Shown here one piece after another: positions 55,294 through 64,000 of a stretch of 64,000 bases of DNA (its first letter is position 1; each line of letters starts with the position of its first letter). The stretch is from the human T2T-CHM13v2.0 reference genome, Homo sapiens. The DNA is taken from the NCBI RefSeq assembly GCF_009914755.1, contig NC_060935.1; one strand, 5' to 3'. The position numbers and the translations under genes are program-made. Under the pieces are notes generated by a model, which was not told where the DNA came from, ran no database searches, and worked only from the letters and a program-made list of their open reading frames with translations.

Positions 55294-57927
55294 CTGCTAC
55301 TTATCTCTACAACCTGTTTAACCCATTTAACTTCTGAGTCTGTTTCGTCTCTACAAAGCAGATACAACAAATATACTTTGAGGAGTTGTGTCCACTAACC
55401 TAAGACAGACTAGGTTCTCAATCATGTCCTTTCACCATTCTCTGTTTCACCTCCCTTTCCAAGTTGATTCATCTGTCACACATTCATCAGACATTAAGGT
55501 TGCTTATACCCTTGGGCAAAGTTTGGCTGCTTTATGTTCTCTTCTAGTCTAGTCTATAACTATTTTGTGCCTTTTACATGTGGGACACAGCACCAGGCAC
55601 TGAAGGGCTAGAGTTCAGGGAATGAAACTGAAGGCAGGGAAATCCCTCTAAAGCAGGCAAAGGCAGTAGGATTGAGGGGAGGAGCTCAACCCCATGAGAA
55701 ACATGGCTTTAAGCTGGCAGGAACTCTTCTTCACCTGCAACTTGTCTCCCTCTTGCTAGCCTCCTGCTAGGACTAACAGGCAGCTTCTTGTAGCTTCCTG
55801 TTTCAAAGCCTGCACCCTGCAGGGCACCCACTGAGGGCCTCATTCCTCCAGTGATGGAGAGCCTCTTGCTCCTGGCCACCAGGCAGGTACATATGTGCAG
55901 AGCCCTGTGCCTGCACTCACTTTTCCTGACTCTGAAACCATTCATTCAGAAGTCTGTGAGCCAGGTCCCAGGCACTGGGGATAAAATGGAAAATAACAGG
56001 TCTGTCCTCAAGTGCTCGCCAGCATGCCCTATTCTCCCACTGCCTCTGATGGCCTCCACACAGGTAACACTGGACACATCTTTCCAGAATGTCATTGTTT
56101 CTCTTCCAACAAAGAAATATTTCACTAGAACAGTTACACTAACAAGTATTTCTCCCCTCCCGCTACCCAACCAAGAGAAAAGAGAAACCAAAGGAATTTA
56201 TATCTGCCAGCCATTTCACATAAATTATCTCACCTAATCACAATAATCCTGAAAGGCGGAATGATTACCCCCATTACAAAGATGAGAAGAATATGGACGC
56301 TCACACAGAGATGGAGCCAGTTTGAACCAAGGCTGTCTGCCTGCAGAGTCTTTGCTCCTTCTACAGCCCCAGGCTGCCTACGTCAGCTCAGCCTGCTGCT
56401 TTGCTAGCTCTGACCCATTCCTTCATCTGGATTTTGTGCTTTCACAAATTTAGATTCCCTGCCATCTTCTTGTTTATGTTGGTCCCAGGGGAAGCCAGCC
56501 TCTCCCAGTCCAGTGATAGCAGTAGCAGCAATGTCCTAGGCACCGCCTTTGACTCTTTTGATTAGCTTGTCTTAATTACACCCAGGCCGAAGCAGTTCCG
56601 GTATAAAGTATCTGGTCCTGCTGCAAAGCATGCAGGTTTGCTGTTACATTTTCTAGCTCCTTCTCTAACTCCAGTCCCTGTTACTCCCCACCTCCTCTGC
56701 TGTCCTTGGTTCTGCCTCTTTGTACATCATGTTTGGGCCTGCAAAGTAGTGCTTCAAACTACTGCCACCCCAGGCAGCTGAGCCAGTCCAGCTCAATTCA
56801 GAAAAGAATGTGTGAGTCTCTGCTAAGAGCCACACACTGCTTTAGGTGCTGTGAATCGGCAAGAAATGAGGAAAACACAAGGGCCTGGCCTGGTAGAAGT
56901 TCAAAGTTAGAAGCTAGGAGACAGGAGTGGCCAGGAACAGAAATTATTGACACAAATCAGTCAGTGGTGGGGTTGTAACAAGAGTCCTAAAATATCAGAG
57001 CTGGAGGGAAACTTGGTTTTCTGTTTTAACTTCTCCATTTTACAGATGGGGAAACTAAAGCCTAGCGGAGGGCAATTACTTTAACATATAATATCAGGTA
57101 ATAATAACGAACATTACCAAAGCCCCTCCTAGGAGTTAAGCGTCATTCTATGTGCTTTACATAACTTATCCCTGCAACAACACTATGAGGTAGGCACTAT
57201 TGCCCTCCCCATTTTAAAGATGAGCATAGAGAAGTCAATACCTTGTCCAAGTTCACATGGCTAGTAAGTAGAAGTCTGTACTGAACTCAGGCAGTCTGGC
57301 CCTACACTGCAGTCTCTTTAATGTACTGTGAGATGGAAACTGAGTCTACCTGTGGAAGTTAATGAGAAGCCTTCTTGAATGAATTACTCATAGATCTAAT
57401 TATGAAAACACTAAACTATGATTATCCAGGGCCAACTAAGAGGAAGCCTCTATTAACCAGAGGTTTGAGTCCAACTGGGAGTTCCTGAGTGCCACTAAAT
57501 ACAAGGCAGCAAGGGCAGTGAGCAGAGCCGCATATTTCCAAAGAAAGAGCCAAACCAATAGGAAAGAACTTAGAATGGGGATTTATTCGAAAAACCAGAA
57601 GCAGTCCAATCATTCTTCCTTTTTATGTCTGGCTTTCTACACATGGTGCCCCTCAGCCTGTGAGTTCTTTAATATGCTCAAATGCCACTTCCCGGGCAGG
57701 GAGGCCAGCTCAGGTACCTTAAAAAGATGCTCAATGATATGAATCGAAATATTCAGAAAAGGAGCTTCTAGTAAACCCTTGGTCAACCAAAAACTTCCAT
57801 TTCCCCCAATCTCCCCTAACACACATGCATGAGTGCACGCACCATGGCTTTTGGTTAACCAAAAGTCTTCTCCAATTCTGCCACATGATTTTCAGAAGAA
57901 ACAGTTATCAGTATAAAAATTACTTAC

Positions 57928-57964
57928 CAATTATTGCCAAATTATGCTCTGAGCCACAAGAGAC
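57928..57964 (-). other. Candidate spliced micro-exon (37 nt)
   Basis: Minus strand: attttctttgtc(t)nacag|GTCTCTTGTGGCTCAGAGCATAATTTGGCAATAATTG|gtaagtaa; very strong acceptor and donor. Confidence 0.5.
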
Positions 57965-59246
57965 CTGTAAAAAAAAAAAAAGACAAAGAAAATGGATAGA
58001 TATTTCAGCCAGTATATTTTATAATCATAGTTCTTTTCTAATGACACTAACATCCATTTTTGGCAAAATTTAGGAAGGAAATAGAAAGAAGCATCACATA
58101 CAAAAGTTAAGATTATAATTACAACACATTCACAGCTACATAAAAAGAAAATAAAAAAAATATTGAATGGAAATTCATCAGATATTAAAGTTGTCTTTAG
58201 CTAGTGAGACCATGAGTAATTTTTTAAACCCTTTCTTCCTTTTACTTTTTGTATTTTTCAAACTTTCTAAAATGAGCATATGTTACTGTAAAAATGGAAA
58301 GATAAGGCAATAAAGATAACAGTTTTTGAAAACTGAACTAAAAAGACCATCCCTCTCGTATGGACTGATAAAATGAGCAAAGAATTCAGTGGAAACAGAC
58401 TGGTCTGTGGAGAAATGTTTGACTTTTTCTCATCTGTCCACTCTCCCTTTCACCTACCAGCCACACAAACTATATGCAGTTCTTTCAACACGTCATGTTC
58501 TCTCACACCTCTAGCCCCTTGCACATGCCTCTTCCTCTACCCAGAATGTCCTCTCCTCTACTGCATACCTAAAAAATTTCTACTTATCCTTTAAAATCTC
58601 AAAGTATCTACTAAGACTTCTTTGCTGTTGCTTCTAGGCAGACTCAGGTGCACCTGTCCTTATGCCCTTAAATGTACCCCCACCGTAGCAACCATCTTGT
58701 TGCCTTTTATCATTGTTTCCTGTCCTCTTATGAGACTACATCTATTTTGAGAACATGGTTGAGTCTCATTCACCTCTGTATTGCACAGATGGATTGGACA
58801 AGGCCTGGGATTCAGTTAACATCTGCTAAATGAGGGAATGAATGAAAGAACAAAGTACATAAAAGAACAAATACCTAATACATAAAAGACAATTTTTGGC
58901 TTTCTGAATCCAGAGTTTCCAACCAGTGGGAGATACTTCTTGCCCTTCAGTCTCCATATGTCCCAACTGCTAGCAGGAGGAAGTGACTGGGAATACAAAG
59001 GCATAAATGGTTCCCCAGGACTAATTAAGAGGAGCTCTAGGCTTTAGAGAATTATCCTGTGACCTTTATCAGGATACTCACTTTAGCTCCTGGCAAGAGG
59101 AATGTTTCAAGTACTCTGGAATGTTAATACTGGAAGGGCCCTGGAGATCACCTATGTTATGAGAAGATGGAGGCTTGGGAGGGAGAAATAACTTACTTAC
59201 CTCAGGTCCCAGGGCAAGTCTGTGACAAAACTAAGACTAGAGCCAC

Positions 59247-59594
59247 CATTCTATCCTCTACTTCTATGAAATCAACTTTTTAAATTCATGTATGAGTGAT
59301 TCCTTATTGAATGAGATCATGTGGTATTTGTCTGTCTGTGCTTGACTTATTTTACTTAAAATAATGTCTTCCAGGTTCATCCATGTTATTATATATGACT
59401 ACAGTTAATCTATTATATTCTTGAAAAATTCTGAAAGTAGATTTTGTTTTCTCACCACAAAAATGACAACTATGTGAAGTAATATATGTTAATTAGCCAG
59501 TTTAGCCATTCCACCATGCGTATATATTTCAAAACATCATATTGTATACAGTAAACATATACAATTTTATCTGTCAATTAAAAAAATAAAATAA
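59247..59594 (+). mobile_element. L1MA 3' fragment with 5' inversion (twin priming)
   Basis: Antisense L1MA piece 59247-~59400 joined to a sense 3' end with A-tail; 20-bp TSD aaaactaagactagagccac at 59227-59246 and 59595-59614. Confidence 0.88.
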
Positions 59595-61844
59595 AAAACT
59601 AAGACTAGAGCCACTCTGATTCTCTTAATTCTCCCACAAGTTCCTTTGGTAGTGTTTCTCATTCTCTCCTAGTGAAAACCACTTGGAAGTAATATTCAAT
59701 GGTTCTTAGCTCAGGCCCCTGACAGTGTAGCTCAAAAGGCATTTCAGCATTAGAAGCCAATCTGCACATTCATAGGTGAGAAGGGGCAGCAAGGCCTCCT
59801 AGGCTTTTTCCTGTGTAGAAGCTGTGCTTCCCAGATCCCAGCTTCCACAGGGAAAAGGGTTACCCACACTTAAGTGGACTCCCTGACAGTGCTTAATTAC
59901 CAGTAAGTATTTCCAGGTTGTTTAGTCTCTGAGCTCCTTTAAGGCTGGCTCTGTGTCTGATTGACCTGAGGGCTCCCACTATGCCTCACTCAGGACCATA
60001 TATGCAGCACAAGTTCATTATATGCTTCCTGGCTGTAATGAGGCTGGTTCTCTAGGTCTGTTACAGGAAGATATTTCGATTGAAGAACTGGAGAAAACTC
60101 AGATGTCGAACAATTGGGAAATGCTTATGTAAATTATGGTAGAGCCATCTGATGGACTAATATGCAGCCTCGGAAAATGATGCTTATAATAATAGGAAAA
60201 TATTCATGATATGAAAAATTACATAAAAATTGTATATGTAATATGATCTCAACTCTATAATAAAGCATGAATAAGAATGGAAGGAGATACATCAAAATGT
60301 TAACAATGAGTATGATTTTTCTTTTTCTTTTTTTCTATACTCCGAATTTTATACAAAATTTTTATAATTAGGGAAAAATCTATTAAAAACTAGAAAAAAT
60401 AAGTGTAATGCAGTTACCACCACAGAGAAAAAAACCCACCTGGGTATAAAATATACATGCTATAAAATCAGGAATGTTTAGAAGTAGTGGGGGAAAAGGA
60501 TTTGAAGGAAATTTAAATTATAAGGGTAGCTGCATCATGGTGGTAAGATTGTAAGATATTTTTTCTACTATTCTCTATTTTCCAAATATTATTTAACTGT
60601 GGTGGCAGTAGTAGTGGTGGCTAGGGCAACAGTAACTGTAGGAATTAAAGCCAGCATATATTGAGGATTCATACATGCCAGGTGTCATGCCAAGGTACTT
60701 TATAAACATTATCACATTTTAGTCATCACAACAATCTTTTCAGGTAAGTTCCACTTTGCTTATTTGAGACATAAGGAGACTGAGGCTCATACATATTAAA
60801 TAACCTTCACAGCTAGACAAGTGGCAGCAGCAGAACTAAAACCCAGGTCTGCCTGATCTCCAAGCTAGTGTTCTTTACTGCTACATCATGTTACTTTTGT
60901 TATTGTTTTAAAGTTATTTTATTTTACAAAATGCAGAGAGAGAAAAGCCCTGCTTCTGACTGCTGGGGTTCACCCTGGGGCTGTGACTGTAGAGCTGACC
61001 AGCCTTGAGGACCAGGGGCTTCCAGAAACAAGCCATTGACAAATGTCAGTATCAGACAGCACATTAATGAATGAGACAGTGATGAATTGATTTTGTCAAA
61101 CCAATGTAGAGCTTGAAGCTCAAAGTTCCCCACTGCTTCTTGCTGTCTGTGTGCTGGCATAGAGGTCAGGACACTGAACACCACAGGCTGCAAAATCCCA
61201 GTGTTATACTCCCTCAGTGAAACTGTATCAATGACCATTTGCTTCATAATGCTCCTGTCAGCATCTACCCACTGCTCAGCTGCAGGCAGCTTTCTAGAAG
61301 ATGCTGTTAACAATGGCAATGCGCCCAAGAGAAAGAGATTCAGGACCAGGAAGCTAGATGAGTCCCAGGTCCTCCTCTTTCTGGCTCTGAGACCTAAAGG
61401 GCAAGGTATTTGATTTGACCTCTTGGGCCTCAGTGTTCTGAGGTGTAAAAAGTAGATAACAGTGTCTTCCCTGCCTGCCTTACAGACTCGCTAGAGGACA
61501 AATGAGACAATTTATCCCCTTACAGCCATGCATCCTGCCTTCCTCATGCACAAATCTGACCATGTCATGCCCATGTATAAAACCTTCACAGGATCCCAGT
61601 GTTGGTAGGATAAAGCCTAAAACATCTTACAAGGCCCTCATGAATAGGTCCCTGTTTACCTCTCTGGCCTCATTTCCTCCCTCTGCTACTCATGAACCTT
61701 CAAACCAAATAATATAATCCTTTTGTTCTATTCACATCACATTACTTTTCTCTAAGAACATCACGCAATTTCAGGCCTTTATGCATGCTATGCTCCTTGC
61801 CTGAAATTTGCTTTCTCCCACTGTCTACCAAGGTAAATCTTTTA

Positions 61845-62210
<366 letters not shown>

Positions 62211-63549
62211 TCAGGCAGAGCCAGCTGCCCCGTCCTGGCTATTCCCACAGCACTATGTATCATGGCCCTTATCCCACTATGATGTCTGATCAGACTGTGC
62301 ATGTGTTAGGTCCTCTGTCTCTCAGACATCTAGAAGACTGCCTGCTCAGTAGTCTTTCTGCACACAATCTAAGTACAGGGCATGGGGGTGAGGAGATGGC
62401 AGTACAAAGAGAAGGGACTCAGGGAAGGTATATGATCCCAAAGCAAGTATAAGCAGCAGTGTGGCCAATCCAGTCCAATTGGAGACAGACCCTGACATGC
62501 ACAATGGGGACAAGGAGACAGCATTAGAAGGATACAGCATGAAGATGCTGGGGGCACTGAAAGCAGAGTAGGGTTCTTCTGGCAACTCCAGCACAGCAAA
62601 GCACAGAAGACTGTAACAGAAGTCAGTTACAGGAAACAGGACCCCACTATAGAAAAAGCAAGTTCCAGCTTGCTGATTGGGGCCTTCTGGAGAAGGGGGA
62701 CACAACTCCCCAAGGGTAAGGGGTGAGAAGCAAAGGTGGCTGTGGAAAGCTGCTCTGTCTTAGTGCTTCCCAGAAATGAGAGAGGTCTGCTCTGTTCAGG
62801 GACCTCAGCCTGCGAAGTCAGAGCTGCAAAAAACAAATTCCGAAACCCCAATGCCAGAGGGATAAGATCTCCCACCCACCCACCAGGCTAGACTTCATCA
62901 GTTCTTGCAAGGCCAGTTAAAACTCTCCTAGGGGTGGGGTCTTAGAAAATACAGCTGGACCAGGGCAAGAGCTGACTGATAATATGCTCAGTAAATACAT
63001 GTTGAATGCATTAATGAGTTAAAACAAACGAATAATTTAAGCAAAAATTGGATGAATGTGAAAATGCTTGCCAACTGTTGGATGTGAGTACTTTGGTTCT
63101 TAGCAGTACAGTTGTACCTGTTTGTAAAAACAGCTGACTGGCTCTTATAGAATACTTATAGGCCAGGCACTTGGCTAACTGCTTTACCTATATTATCTCA
63201 TATAGACTTACACAAAACCTAAGAGATTCCTTTGTTACAACCATTTTACAGATGAAGCTGCTGGGGTTCAGGGAAGCAAGGTAACTTGTGCAGTGTTTCA
63301 CAGCTAGCGGAGGTGCAGGATTCTGTGATCCTTCAGGTTCAAGCTTTCTTCCTCAAAACGGTATGTACCCTTCTTTTTCTCATATTAGATGGAAATAAAC
63401 CACCCATCCAGTTCCCTTACATCTGGCAAGCCCAGTGCCAGGGACGTAAGCCTGGGAGAGCCCTAGATTTATAGGACCCAAACAACATCCTGCCTAGGGC
63501 TAGGAGTGCCCACCTCTGGAATGATCAAGGAGCTGTTTCCAGGGATATT

Positions 63550-64000
63550 TCTTAGGGGAACGGCTGCAAAGTGGCAACAAAGTTCTGTCGCCTGCCCTCC
63601 TCATGGATACCCATGGCGACAGAACGCCGCCAGATTGTTCAAATCTGAACATTCTAAACGGGGAAATCGGGGCGCGGAAGAGTGGGGTGGGAAACGAACA
63701 CCGGGTTGCGGACCAGAACTCAGGGTCAGGTACGCCAAGGAGAGGAAGTGAGGCGAGGCCAGCCCCACGCCACCAGCCAGGGGCCGCTTTCCTCTACCAG
63801 AGAGGGGTAGCCAGCCGCAGCCCAAAGGCCACCCAGGGTGCCAGATGGACAGCGAGGCCTGCTGATTGGTTCTCGCCGGGTGCCAATGAGCCCGGGCGCC
63901 TTCAGGTGCTATGGCAACGAGGCGTACGTGCGGAAACACATGATGGCCAGGGTGGAAGGGGAGTAACGGGGTTTAGGTTGGTACGGTACTGGGTTATGCT
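63550..64000. promoter_or_regulatory. Edge of a CpG-rich promoter with RFX X-box-like and NF-Y motifs; continues beyond the window
   Basis: Abrupt rise in CpG. X-box-like GATACCCATGGCGAC 63606-63620 and GGTGCTATGGCAAC 63905-63918; ATTGG 63865-63869 and CCAAT 63883-63887; ETS-like GGAAGT ~63745; TACGTG 63925-63930. Confidence 0.75.

Noticed and set aside
60924-61328. 134-aa minus-strand ORF in unique sequence
   Set aside because: Non-ATG start, no recognisable domain and no convincing flanking splice sites
63601-63939. 112-aa ORF in the CpG-rich end
   Set aside because: GTG start; long open frames are expected in GC-rich promoter DNA. The strong-Kozak minus ATG at ~63614 closes after 20 codons

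Overview
This is primate (human-like) genomic DNA, judged from its AluY/AluS, THE1C/THE1D, MER30, MIR and L2 repeats. It is essentially non-coding and dominated by transposable elements. I found no intact protein-coding gene I can name, and most ORFs in the track come from Alu, THE1-internal or microsatellite sequence or occur by chance. Well-supported items: (1) a 5'-truncated processed pseudogene of condensin I kleisin NCAPH on the minus strand (~23933-25011), split by a MER30 DNA transposon; (2) two full-length THE1C elements in opposite orientation; (3) a four-level nested insertion (L1 > Tigger3b > Alu > THE1C) that also holds a 305-bp locally templated insertion with microhomology junctions; (4) a near full-length HAL1, a twin-primed L1MA and several short template-switch hairpins; (5) the edge of a CpG-rich promoter at the right end with two RFX X-box-like motifs and two CCAAT boxes. 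More speculative items: a chain of minus-strand micro-exons (57928-57964, 33837-33896, 22500-22540) whose phases join into a hydrophobic, membrane-type peptide; a muscle-type promoter or exon near 7.8-8.3 kb; and an orphan 291-bp insert flanked by 11-bp direct repeats. Repeat subfamily names come from recalled consensus sequences and need RepeatMasker/Dfam confirmation. Host gene and chromosome were not identified.
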